DNA of 64,000 nucleotides. Origin: Vicinamibacteria bacterium. GTDB taxonomy: Bacteria > Acidobacteriota > Vicinamibacteria > Vicinamibacterales > JAENWD01. This document shows positions 1 through 8,910 of the stretch, one piece after another. Position numbers and translations under genes: made by a program. Every line of letters begins with the position of its first letter. The first letter of the stretch is position 1. The notes under the pieces are model-generated. The model ran no database searches, was not told the origin of the DNA, and saw only the letters and a list, made by a program, of their open reading frames with translations. The stretch spans positions 208,922-272,921 of the forward strand of contig CAVUCH010000018.1 of assembly GCA_963739995.1 (NCBI GenBank), read 5' to 3'.

Positions 1-224
1 CACGGTCCTGAACCGCTCGCCGGCGCTGCCCACCGTGCCGTCCACTGCTGTGCCGCGTCCGTTCGTGTGCCGCTGCGTCCTTCCTTCCCCTGCTGCCCTG
101 CGTCTCCCGGTCCGGCTCTACGGCGAGGGCTTTGAAGTCCGGGCTGCGCCGCTCACCCGATATGTTGACTCCCCGCGGCCCGTCGGTCATCCTTTCGAAG
201 CCTTTTTGACACCAGCACAGACAC

Positions 225-1346
225 ATGGCGCACGTGAACGTAGCACTTATCGGGTACGCCTTCATGGGCCGGGCGCACAGCAACGCGTGGCGGCAGGTCT
301 CGCGCTTCTTCACGCCGAAGCTCACACCACGCATGAAGGTCATCTGCGGGCGGGACGCGAAGAACGTCAAGAAGGCGGCTGAGCGCCTCGGGTGGGACGA
401 AGCCGCCACCGACTGGCAGGAGGTCGTCGACCGGCCGGACATCGATATCGTCGACATCAGCACGCCAGGCGACAGCCACGCCGCAATCGCGATCGCCGCC
501 GCCAGGGCGGGCAAGGTGGTCTTCTGCGAGAAGCCTCTCGCAAACACGGTCCGGGAGGCGCAGCAAATGCTCGCCGCGGTGCAGAGGGCGGGCGTGGTCC
601 ACATGATCTGCCACAACTACCGGCGTGCGCCCGCCGTGATGCTCGCCCGGCAGCTGATCGAGGAAGGAAAGCTCGGACGCCTCTATCATTACCGCGGCAC
701 GTACCTGCAGGACTGGGTCGCGGACCCCAGTGTGCCGCTGTACTGGCGGCTGCAGAAGGACAAGGCCGGGTCCGGCGCGCTCGGCGACATCGCCTCGCAC
801 TCGCTGGACCTCGCCCGGTTTCTGGTCGGCGAGATTACGGAAGTGACGGCCGCACTGGAGACGTTCGTGAAGGAACGGCCGCTGCCGGACAACCCGAAGA
901 AGAAGGGGGCGGTGACCGTCGACGATGCCTCGGCGTCGATCGTCCGTTTCGACAACGGGGCCCTCGGCACGATCGAGGCCTCGCGCTTCGCCACGGGCCG
1001 GAAGAACTACAACCGGTTCGAAATCAACGGCAGCAAAGGGTCGGTATCGTTCGATATGGAGCGCATGAACGAGCTCGAGGTGTACCTGACTGACGACGAC
1101 AAGTCCGTGCAGGGCTTCCACACGGTGATGGTCACCGAGCCGCACCACCCGTTCTTCAATGCCTGGTGGCCAGCGGGTCACATCATCGGTTACGAACACA
1201 CGTTCATCCATACGGTGTACGACCTGCTGCAGGCGGTCGCCGCCAACAAGGTGCCCTCGCCGAACTTCGCAGACGGAGTGCAGAACCAGCGCGTGCTCGC
1301 GGCGATGGAGAAATCGGCGGCGACGAAGCGGTGGGTGACGGTGTAA
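225..1346 (+). CDS. Gfo/Idh/MocA family oxidoreductase (NAD(P)-dependent sugar dehydrogenase-like)
   Basis: 373-aa ORF with ATG start. It has an N-terminal Rossmann segment [13 protein letters not shown] and the family EKP motif (VVFCEKPLA). The only competing ORFs are low-complexity antisense frames. Confidence 0.9.
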   Translation: MAHVNVALIGYAFMGRAHSNAWRQVSRFFTPKLTPRMKVICGRDAKNVKKAAERLGWDEAATDWQEVVDRPDIDIVDISTPGDSHAAIAIAAARAGKVVFCEKPLANTVREAQQMLAAVQRAGVVHMICHNYRRAPAVMLARQLIEEGKLGRLYHYRGTYLQDWVADPSVPLYWRLQKDKAGSGALGDIASHSLDLARFLVGEITEVTAALETFVKERPLPDNPKKKGAVTVDDASASIVRFDNGALGTIEASRFATGRKNYNRFEINGSKGSVSFDMERMNELEVYLTDDDKSVQGFHTVMVTEPHHPFFNAWWPAGHIIGYEHTFIHTVYDLLQAVAANKVPSPNFADGVQNQRVLAAMEKSAATKRWVTV

Positions 1347-1410
1347 CGACTCAGGCTGCAGGCTATTGGCTGCAGCCTTCAGGCAGTATCTGGCCTCAGG
1401 CCAGACGAGC

Positions 1411-1445
1411 CCGCAGCCTGCAGCCTGTGGTCTGCAGTCTGTGGC
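1411..1445. repeat. five tandem heptamers (CTGYRGY)
   Basis: The units are CCGCAGC CTGCAGC CTGTGGT CTGCAGT CTGTGGC. They are preceded by hairpins at 1353-1378 (AGGCTGCAG/CTGCAGCCT) and 1389-1405 (TCTGGCC/GGCCAGA). Confidence 0.6.
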
Positions 1446-1460
1446 GTTAGGAGATCTTCC

Positions 1461-2423
1461 ATGCGTATCGGCGTTTTTGCGGTTCTGTTCGGCAACAAGC
1501 CCTTCGAGGAGACCCTTGATTACCTGAAGGAGCTCGGGGTCGGCGCGATCGAGATCGGTACCGGCGCGTACCCCGGCAACGCGCACTGCAATCCCGGCGA
1601 GCTGCTGGCGGACGAGGGCAAGCTGAAGGCGTTCCGGAAGGCCGTGGAGGATCGCGGCCTCGTGATCAGCGCGCTCAGCTGCCACGGAAACCCGATCCAT
1701 CCGGACTCGAAGATCGCGGGCGAGCACCACGCCGTCTTCGAACAGACGGTCCGGCTCGCCGCCAAGCTGGGTGTGCAGCAGGTGATCACGTTCAGCGGCT
1801 GCCCCGGCGGCGACGCGTCGGCGAAGGGCCCCAACTGGATCACGGCGCCATGGCCCCCTGAGTATCTCGAGATGCTCGAGTGGCAGTGGAGCGAGAAGGT
1901 CGTACCCTACTGGACTTCGACCGCGAAGATGTGCAAGTCGGCGGGCGTGCGGGTGGCCATCGAGATGCACCCCAACTTCGTCGTCTACAACCCGGAAACG
2001 ATGCTGCGGCTGCGGGACGTGGCCCGGGGCACGATCGGCTGCAACTTCGATCCGAGCCACATGTTCTGGCAGCAGGTGGATGTGGCCTCCGCAATCCGCG
2101 CGCTCGGTGACTGCATCTACCACGTGCACGCGAAGGACTGCCGTATCGACGCGCAGAACACGGCGGTGAACGGCGTGCTCGACGTGAAGAAGTACACGGA
2201 CGAGATCAAGCGGTCGTGGATCTTCCGAACTGTGGGCTACGGCAACGGTGAGAGCGTCTGGCGGGACATCCTGTCGAACCTGCGGCTCGTCGGCTACGAT
2301 CACGTGGTCAGCATCGAGCACGAAGACAGCCTCATGTCCGGCGATGAGGGGTTGAAGAAGGCGATTGCGTTCCTGAAACAGATCGTCATCGAGGCGCCTG
2401 CAGGGACGGCGTACTGGGCGTGA
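1461..2423 (+). CDS. sugar phosphate isomerase/epimerase (xylose-isomerase-like TIM barrel)
   Basis: 320-aa ORF preceded by AGGAG at 1449-1453. Segments GVGAIEIGTG, VAIEMHPNF and VVSIEHED are typical of this TIM-barrel family. Confidence 0.9.
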   Translation: MRIGVFAVLFGNKPFEETLDYLKELGVGAIEIGTGAYPGNAHCNPGELLADEGKLKAFRKAVEDRGLVISALSCHGNPIHPDSKIAGEHHAVFEQTVRLAAKLGVQQVITFSGCPGGDASAKGPNWITAPWPPEYLEMLEWQWSEKVVPYWTSTAKMCKSAGVRVAIEMHPNFVVYNPETMLRLRDVARGTIGCNFDPSHMFWQQVDVASAIRALGDCIYHVHAKDCRIDAQNTAVNGVLDVKKYTDEIKRSWIFRTVGYGNGESVWRDILSNLRLVGYDHVVSIEHEDSLMSGDEGLKKAIAFLKQIVIEAPAGTAYWA

Positions 2424-2430
2424 AACACAC

Positions 2431-2597
2431 CAGGTCAGGGGGTCAGGGACCAGGGATCCGGGGTCAGCGATCAGGGAAGATGCCTCACGCTCCACCTCCG
2501 ATCCTGGACGGCCGTCCTTGATCGCTGAGCGCCGATCGCTGATCCTGATCCGCTGACCGCTGACCGCTGATCCCTGAGCTGATCCCTGATCGCTGAA
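2431..2597. repeat. two opposed heptamer-type tandem arrays forming a long imperfect inverted repeat
   Basis: The left array (2431-2476) consists of GGTCAGG/GATCAGG-type units. The right array (2519-2597) consists of TGACCGC/TGATCCC/TGATCGC units. The palindrome GGACGGCCGTCC (2506-2517) lies between them. Confidence 0.7.
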
Positions 2598-2610
2598 GAA
2601 AGGATCCCCC

Positions 2611-3213
2611 GTGGCATCCGAACTCACCCGACGCCAGGCTCTTCGGCATCTCGCGCGGGGCACGGCCGCTGCCGTGACCGCGCCGCTCTGGGTGGAGAAC
2701 CTCCTCGCCCTGGCGGAGCAGCACGCTGCGCACCGGCCTTCGCCGGAAGCCGCCGCGGGCGCGTGGGCGCCCAAGGTGTTCAATCCCCGCCAGAACGAGC
2801 TCGTGATCACGCTGGCCGAGCTGATCATCCCGGAGACCGACACCCCTGGCGCGAAGGCAGCCAAGGTGAACGAGTACATTGACATGGTGCTCGCCGAGGC
2901 CAAACCGGAGCTCCGCGAGAAATTCCTGCAGGGCCTCGCCTGGGTCGATGCGCGGAGCGAAGAGCGCTTCCGCTCGCCGTTCGTGAACGCGCCCCCGCCA
3001 CAGCAGATCGAACTGCTCACGAGCCTGAGCACGGCCACCGCGCCGTCGGCCGTCGACGCACCCGGCGTGGAGTTCTTCCAGGCGCTGAAGGGGATGACGA
3101 TAACGGGCTACTACACGTCCGAGCTTGGGCTGGTCCAGGAGATCGGGGACGACCCCCAGATGTTCCTCACCGAGTTCAAGGGCTGCGAGCACAGGGAACA
3201 CGGCGCCGCCTGA
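2611..3213 (+). CDS. gluconate 2-dehydrogenase subunit 3-like protein (TAT-exported small subunit)
   Basis: 200-aa ORF with GTG start and a twin-arginine-type leader (TRRQALRHLARGTAAAV). The C-terminal part (MTITGYYTSELG) resembles small subunits that pair with GMC flavoproteins. Confidence 0.8.
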   Translation: MASELTRRQALRHLARGTAAAVTAPLWVENLLALAEQHAAHRPSPEAAAGAWAPKVFNPRQNELVITLAELIIPETDTPGAKAAKVNEYIDMVLAEAKPELREKFLQGLAWVDARSEERFRSPFVNAPPPQQIELLTSLSTATAPSAVDAPGVEFFQALKGMTITGYYTSELGLVQEIGDDPQMFLTEFKGCEHREHGAA

Positions 3214-3223
3214 CGCCCGGCCC

Positions 3224-3964
3224 GTGCCCTCGCCCGCCATCGAGTTCCGTGCGGTATCCTTCGCCCGCCCCGGGCGGCGCATCCTCGATAGCGTCTCGTT
3301 CATGGTTCCCGAAGGGGAGACGCTGGCGCTCGTCGGCCGGAGCGGGGCGGGCAAGAGCACCATCCTCAAACTGATCAACCGTCTGCTCGATCAGCAGGCC
3401 GGCACGGTTCTGGTGAGCGGACGCGACACCCGAGCGTGGGACGCGTACGATCTGCGCCGGCATGCCGGATACGTCCTGCAGGAGATCGGGCTCTTTCCGC
3501 ATCTCACCGTGGGCGAGAACGTCGGGATCGTTCCCCGACTGCTCGAGTGGGATCGACGGCGCATCGCGGCCCGTGTCGGCGAACTGCTCGCGCTGGTCGG
3601 CTTGCCCGCGGCGGAGTTCCGCGACCGCCGGCCTGACGAGCTGTCCGGCGGGCAGCGGCAGCGTGTTGGCATCGCCCGCGCGCTGGCTGCGGACCCGCCG
3701 GTGCTGTTGATGGACGAGCCCTTCGGCGCGCTCGATCCGATCACGCGCGCGGAGCTGCGCGCAGAGTTCCGGGGGATCCAGGCGCGTCTCCAGAAATCGG
3801 TGGTGATCGTGACGCACGACATGGGCGAGGCCTTCGCGCTCGGGGATCGCGTGGGCGTGCTCGACGAGGGCGCGCTCATCGCGTGGGACACCGCCGACGC
3901 CGTCTCACGATCGAGCGACGCCCGCGTGCGGAGGCTGCTGGATGCCGGAGGGTCGAGCGGGTGA
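3224..3964 (+). CDS. ABC transporter ATP-binding protein (glycine betaine/osmoprotectant type)
   Basis: Walker A GRSGAGKST, signature LSGGQRQR and Walker B LLMDEP are present. The start is set to the in-frame GTG at 3224, just after the upstream stop; the tracked ORF start at 3125 overlaps the previous gene. Confidence 0.85.
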   Translation: MPSPAIEFRAVSFARPGRRILDSVSFMVPEGETLALVGRSGAGKSTILKLINRLLDQQAGTVLVSGRDTRAWDAYDLRRHAGYVLQEIGLFPHLTVGENVGIVPRLLEWDRRRIAARVGELLALVGLPAAEFRDRRPDELSGGQRQRVGIARALAADPPVLLMDEPFGALDPITRAELRAEFRGIQARLQKSVVIVTHDMGEAFALGDRVGVLDEGALIAWDTADAVSRSSDARVRRLLDAGGSSG

Positions 3965-5499
3965 GGCTGCTCGCCTTCTGGCAGGCGCACGCCTCCGAGC
4001 TGGGCCACCTGATGGCCCAGCACATAGCGCTCGTCGTTCTCTCGACAGCCACGGCGATGGCGCTCGCGATCCCACTGGGAATAGTCGCGGCCAAGCGGCC
4101 CAGGCTCGGTGCGCCGCTCCTCGGGTTCGCAAACCTCGTCCAGACCATTCCAAGCCTCGCACTGTTGGGGTTCCTGCTGCCGCTGCCGTTCGTTGGCGGG
4201 ATTGGCCCGCGCGCGGCAATCGTGGCATTGGTGCTCTATGGTGTGCTGCCCATCATGCGTACCACGCTGGCGGGATTCCAGGGCATCGATCCGTCGGTGC
4301 GGGAAGCAGCGCTCGCGATGGGCATGCGGCCCTTCGAGCTGCTGCGGCTCGTGGAGCTGCCGCTGGCGTGGCCTTCGATGCTGGCGGGCATCCGCGTGGC
4401 CACGGTCGTCGCCGTGGGCACGGCGACGATTGCGGCCGCCATCGGGGCGGGCGGGCTCGGCGAGTACATTTTTCGCGGCCTGTCGATGGTTGACGCCACG
4501 GTCATTCTTGCTGGTGCGGTGCCGTCCGCCGCGCTCGCGTTGCTGGCTGACGGCGCGCTCGCCCTGCTGCAGCGGCGCACCCGGCAACGGCGCCAGGCTC
4601 GCTTCCCCGCCGCCGTCAGCGCGGGCGCTCTCGTTCTGCTGGCGATCGCCATGTCCTTCGCGCTCACCTCGCGGCGGACGGGCGCCATCGTGATTGGGTC
4701 GAAGAACTTCACAGAGCAGGTTCTCCTCGGGGAGCTCATGGCACAGGCCCTGGAGCGGTACGGCGGCCAGAAGGTCGACCGGCGGCTGAACCTCGGCGGC
4801 ACGTTCATCTGCGACCGCGCGCTGCGGGCGGGCGAAATCGACGTGTACGTCGAGTACACCGGGACCGCGCTGTCCGCCATCTTCAAGAAACCGGTCACCA
4901 GTGACAGGCGCGCCGTGCTCGAAACCGTTCGGGAGCAGTACGCCGCGAGCGGCAGAACAATGCTGGCGCCGCTCGGGTTCAACAACACGTTTGCCATGCT
5001 GGTGCGCGGGGCCGACGCGCGCAAGCTCGGGCTGCGCTCCATCTCGGACGCCGTTCCACACGCACGCAGGTGGCGTGCCGGCTTCGGGTACGAGTTCCTG
5101 GAGCGTGCGGACGGTTTCCCGGGGCTGTCGCGCACGTACGGGCTCCAGTTCGCCGAAGCGCCGCGCGTGATGGACCTCTCGCTGACCTACCGCGCCGTCG
5201 CGGGCGGGCAGGTCGACCTGATCGCCGGCGATGCGACCGCCGGCCTGATTGCCGCCCTCGATCTCGCAATGCTGGAGGACGACCGGCACTACTTTCCACC
5301 ATACGATGCCGTGCCGGTCGTGCACGCCGCCACCCTGCTGCGGGAGCCGCGCATCCGCAGCGCGATCGAGCGGCTCGCCGGACAGATTCGCGAGGCGGAC
5401 ATGCGCTCGATGAACTACGCTGTGGAAGAAGAAAAACGTGACCCGGCGGTCGTGGTGCGCAGTTTTCTGGACGCCCGTGCGGCTGCCTCAGGGTCCTAG
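3961..5499 (+). CDS. fused ABC permease / substrate-binding protein (osmoprotectant uptake type)
   Basis: The N-terminal half is a multi-TM permease with an EAA-like loop (EAALAMGMRPFELLRLVELP). The C-terminal half resembles a glycine betaine/choline binding domain (IGSKNFTEQVLLGE, PPYDAVPVV). The GTG start overlaps the upstream stop (GTGA at 3961-3964). Confidence 0.85.
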   Translation: MRLLAFWQAHASELGHLMAQHIALVVLSTATAMALAIPLGIVAAKRPRLGAPLLGFANLVQTIPSLALLGFLLPLPFVGGIGPRAAIVALVLYGVLPIMRTTLAGFQGIDPSVREAALAMGMRPFELLRLVELPLAWPSMLAGIRVATVVAVGTATIAAAIGAGGLGEYIFRGLSMVDATVILAGAVPSAALALLADGALALLQRRTRQRRQARFPAAVSAGALVLLAIAMSFALTSRRTGAIVIGSKNFTEQVLLGELMAQALERYGGQKVDRRLNLGGTFICDRALRAGEIDVYVEYTGTALSAIFKKPVTSDRRAVLETVREQYAASGRTMLAPLGFNNTFAMLVRGADARKLGLRSISDAVPHARRWRAGFGYEFLERADGFPGLSRTYGLQFAEAPRVMDLSLTYRAVAGGQVDLIAGDATAGLIAALDLAMLEDDRHYFPPYDAVPVVHAATLLREPRIRSAIERLAGQIREADMRSMNYAVEEEKRDPAVVVRSFLDARAAASGS

Positions 5500-5654
5500 C
5501 GCATCCAGTGTTCCGTGTTCATGCTGGGGCTCTGATGCTGCAGGTGTCCGTATCGCAGAACGACCACGGCTGGCGCCGCGTGCGCGCAGACGGGTCGGTC
5601 GACCTCGAGGTGCAGTAGGACCGCGCGCGGGTCTGTGTCGCGCGGCTCACCCCT

Positions 5655-6482
5655 ATGGAATCCACCGGGCCCGGCAGCCGCAGCGTGCCGGTCACGACCT
5701 GCAGCGGCACTACCCGTGACCAGCATCGTGACCTCGTGGCCATTGAAGCCCCCCTCGAGGTGCGCGTGAACGGCGAGCGCTTTGCCGTGATGATGCGCAC
5801 GCCGGGCGCCGATCGGCCGCTCGCGCTCGGATTCCTGTTCAGCGAGGGCGTGATCGACAGCCCCGGCGACGTGGTTGCCGTGAACACATGGCCCGACGAT
5901 CCAGTGCTCGGCAATCGCCTCAACGTGGTGGTCAGCGAGCGCGTAGCGCACGTGCTCGGCGAGCAGGCGGGTGAACGGCGGCACGTTGCGATGACATCCG
6001 CCTGTGGCCTCTGCGGACGCGTTTCCATCGAATCCCTCGCACGAGATGTGGCACCACTCCCGGCTTCGTGGACGATGGATGCTGTGCGTATCGCGAGCAT
6101 CCCGGCCCACCTCCGCGCCGCCCAACCGGTCTTCGACGGAACGGGCGGACTCCACGGGGCCGCTCTCTTCAGGCACGACGGTGAGGTTGCGGCATCGGCC
6201 GAGGACGTCGGCCGCCACAATGCCGTCGACAAGATCGTGGGAACGATGTTCGACGACAATCGTCTGCCGCTGGATGATTTCGTGCTCGCCGTCAGCGGGC
6301 GGGCCTCATTCGAACTGGTCCAGAAGGCGTGCCTCGCCGGGATTCCCATGCTCGTCGCGGTCTCCGCGCCCTCGAGCCTCGCAATCGACCTCGCTGAGGC
6401 TTGCGGCATCACCCTCATCGGCTTCGCCCGAGGCGCCCGCTTCAACATCTACACGCACCCGCAACGCATCGTCCACAGGTGA
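5655..6482 (+). CDS. fdhD: formate dehydrogenase accessory sulfurtransferase FdhD
   Basis: 275-aa ORF with CGLCG (catalytic Cys loop), GGLHGAALF and GRHNAVDKIVG motifs characteristic of FdhD. Confidence 0.85.
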   Translation: MESTGPGSRSVPVTTCSGTTRDQHRDLVAIEAPLEVRVNGERFAVMMRTPGADRPLALGFLFSEGVIDSPGDVVAVNTWPDDPVLGNRLNVVVSERVAHVLGEQAGERRHVAMTSACGLCGRVSIESLARDVAPLPASWTMDAVRIASIPAHLRAAQPVFDGTGGLHGAALFRHDGEVAASAEDVGRHNAVDKIVGTMFDDNRLPLDDFVLAVSGRASFELVQKACLAGIPMLVAVSAPSSLAIDLAEACGITLIGFARGARFNIYTHPQRIVHR

Positions 6483-6612
6483 CAGCGTCAGGGCCCGGAC
6501 GAACCGGGTTACACGGCTCCAGTCTCCCGGGGCCGCAGGCTGCGGCTTCGTCGCCGGGACTTCAGACCCGGCGGACAGTCGGGCGGATCGCCAGGGACTG
6601 TAAGATGGCGGC

Positions 6613-8817
6613 ATGTGGAAGCCCTCGACCTGGGCCTCTCTCGTTCCCACCGGAATCGGCCAGCGTAAGCCGCACCACTTCCTCGACATGGCGAGGGTGG
6701 CGTGGGCCAATCGCGACGAGCTCCCGTTCGCGTACCGGATCCTGACCAGGGGCGTCTGCGACGGATGCGCCCTTGGCTCAACAGGGCTCCGCGACTGGAC
6801 GCTGCAGGGGACGCACCTGTGCATGGTGCGTCTGGACCTTCTGCGGCTGAACACCGCGCCGGCGCTGGACCCGGGGCGGCTCGCTGACGTGGTACCGCTG
6901 CGGTCCCTGAGGTCGAAGCAGTTGCGCGACCTGGGCCGGCTGCCAGAACCGATGGTACGTCGTGCGGGCGACCCGGGCTTCCGGGTGATTGGCTGGGACG
7001 AGGCGCTCGACATCGCCGCCTCGCACCTTCGCGCCATCGATCCGGCGCGCGCCGCGTTCTATCTCACGTCGCGCGGTCTCACCAACGAGTCGTACTACGG
7101 GGTGCAGAAAGCTGCACGCGTGTACGGCAGCCCGCACGTCGACACCTGCGCACGCCTATGCCATGCGGCATCCACAGTGGCCATGAAGAGCGTGCTCGGT
7201 CACGGCGCGTCCACCTGCAGCTACGCGGACTGGATCGGGGCCGACCTGATTGTGTTCTTCGGGTCCAACACGCCCAACAACCAGCCGGTCACGACGAAGT
7301 ACCTGTTCCACGCCCGCCGACGAGGGACGGAAGTGGCCGTCGTGAATCCATTGCGCGAGCCGGGGCTCGAGCGCTACTGGATTCCGTCTGTCCCCGAGAG
7401 TGCCCTGTTCGGAACGAAGCTGGCGGATCACTGGTTCGCCGTGCACACCGGCGGTGACCTGGCATTTCTCGTCGGGACGCTGAAGGCGCTGCTCGAGGCG
7501 GACCAGATCGCCCACACGTTCCTCGCGGAGCACACGACGGGCTTCCAGGCGGCCGCCGATGCGGCGGTCGCCGCATCGTGGACGGACATCCAGGCCGAGA
7601 GTGGCGTATCGCGTGCCGACGTCGAGCGCTTCGCCCGGTTACTCGTCGATCGGCCCAATGCGATCTTCGCGTGGTCCATGGGGCTCACACAGCACGCGCA
7701 CGGCGTGGACACCATCCGCGCGTTGCTCAACGTGGGCCTGGCGCGTGGTCTCGTCGGCCGCCCCCATCGCGGGCTGATGCCGATCCGTGGCCACTCGGGC
7801 GTGCAGGGCGGGGCGGAAGTCGGCTGCACGCCCGTTGTCGATGCCGCGACACGCGATCGGTGGGCTGCGCTGTGGGGCGTCCCCATCCCGAACGACCCCG
7901 GCCTGACGGCCGACGCGATGATTGCCGCCGCAGCGTCCGGCACCATCGACGCGTTCTGGATGGTGGGCGGCAATTTTCTCGAGACCCTGGCGGATGCGCC
8001 GCGCACGCGCGAGGCGCTGCGGCGCCCGCGCCTGCGCGTCCATCACGACATCGTGCTCTCGTCGTCGATGCTCGTGGACCCGGCGGATACCGTGCTCGTG
8101 CTGCCCGCCACCACGCGGTACGAAACGCCGGGCGGCGGCACCGAGACGTCGACGGAGCGCCGCATCATCTTCTCGCCGGAAATCGAGGGACGCCGGATCG
8201 GGAGCGCGCGCCCGGAATGGTGGGCGCTCGGCTCGGTGATTGCGCGTGTGAGGCCCGAGGCCGCCGATCACCTGCGGTATGCAGATGCAGGCGCCATCCG
8301 CGCCGAGATCGCGCGCGCGATTCCGCTCTACGCCGGCATCGAGACGCTGCAGAGCCCCGGTGACCAGGTGCAGTGGGGCGGGCCGCGCCTCTTCGACAAC
8401 GGGCAGTTCGCGACACGCGACGGACGTGCCCACCTGAGTGCCGTGGGGCTGCGGGGATGCCGCCTCGAGCCAGGCACGTTCTTCGTGTCGACCCGACGCG
8501 GCAAGCAGTTCAACTCGATGGTGCATCGGGATGTCGATCCGCTGACCGGAGCGCCGCGGGATGCCGTGCTCCTGAGCGCCGGCGATGCTGCTGCGGCCGG
8601 CGCGGTCGACGGCACACGCGTGCGTCTGATCTCCGCCACGGGCACGTTCGACGGGCAGGCGTTCATCGCACCAATGCGTCCTGGCAATCTGGAGGTGCAC
8701 TGGCCGGAAGGGCTCTCGCTGCTCGATGCCGAGCTCGTCGATCCCGAGTCGGGCGAGCCCGACTACACCGCCGTCGTTCGGCTCGAGGTGCTGGACGCGG
8801 CGACTCCCACCGGATGA
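6613..8817 (+). CDS. FdhF/YdeP-family molybdopterin oxidoreductase
   Basis: 734-aa ORF. The N-terminal part (GVCDGCALGSTGLRDWT) and the overall layout match YdeP-like molybdoenzymes, and it is adjacent to fdhD. Confidence 0.85.
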   Translation: MWKPSTWASLVPTGIGQRKPHHFLDMARVAWANRDELPFAYRILTRGVCDGCALGSTGLRDWTLQGTHLCMVRLDLLRLNTAPALDPGRLADVVPLRSLRSKQLRDLGRLPEPMVRRAGDPGFRVIGWDEALDIAASHLRAIDPARAAFYLTSRGLTNESYYGVQKAARVYGSPHVDTCARLCHAASTVAMKSVLGHGASTCSYADWIGADLIVFFGSNTPNNQPVTTKYLFHARRRGTEVAVVNPLREPGLERYWIPSVPESALFGTKLADHWFAVHTGGDLAFLVGTLKALLEADQIAHTFLAEHTTGFQAAADAAVAASWTDIQAESGVSRADVERFARLLVDRPNAIFAWSMGLTQHAHGVDTIRALLNVGLARGLVGRPHRGLMPIRGHSGVQGGAEVGCTPVVDAATRDRWAALWGVPIPNDPGLTADAMIAAAASGTIDAFWMVGGNFLETLADAPRTREALRRPRLRVHHDIVLSSSMLVDPADTVLVLPATTRYETPGGGTETSTERRIIFSPEIEGRRIGSARPEWWALGSVIARVRPEAADHLRYADAGAIRAEIARAIPLYAGIETLQSPGDQVQWGGPRLFDNGQFATRDGRAHLSAVGLRGCRLEPGTFFVSTRRGKQFNSMVHRDVDPLTGAPRDAVLLSAGDAAAAGAVDGTRVRLISATGTFDGQAFIAPMRPGNLEVHWPEGLSLLDAELVDPESGEPDYTAVVRLEVLDAATPTG

Positions 8818-8910
8818 GGCCACAAGCCAGGCACGCCCGGCTCTCACCGGTACTTCCCTTGCGTTCGGCTCCTCGTATACCCCAGTGGTGAGCACAAGGA
8901 GCAGATCAGA

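Noticed and set aside
1-224. Partial genes at the left edge (open frames on both strands, for example the frame of ORF 35-382 and a minus-strand ATG at 190)
   Set aside because: Both frames give Arg/Pro-rich, low-information peptides, and one overlaps the well-supported gene at 225. The region contains a degenerate REP-like hairpin (127-144), so I treated it as intergenic.
153-3038. 961-aa ORF on the minus strand
   Set aside because: It is antisense to three well-supported plus-strand genes with clear family motifs. The product is Arg/Ala/Gly/Pro-rich with no recognisable domain. This is typical of long spurious frames in GC-rich DNA. The same reasoning applies to 3391-5325, 7639-9075, 9869-10861, 17567-19162, 21657-22403, 32604-34466, 35125-36519, 40670-41614, 48744-50177 and 55255-56649.
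6613-8817. Selenocysteine recoding in the FdhF/YdeP-like molybdoenzyme
   Set aside because: The ORF is continuous with no in-frame TGA. I noticed no SECIS-like hairpin and saw no need for one.
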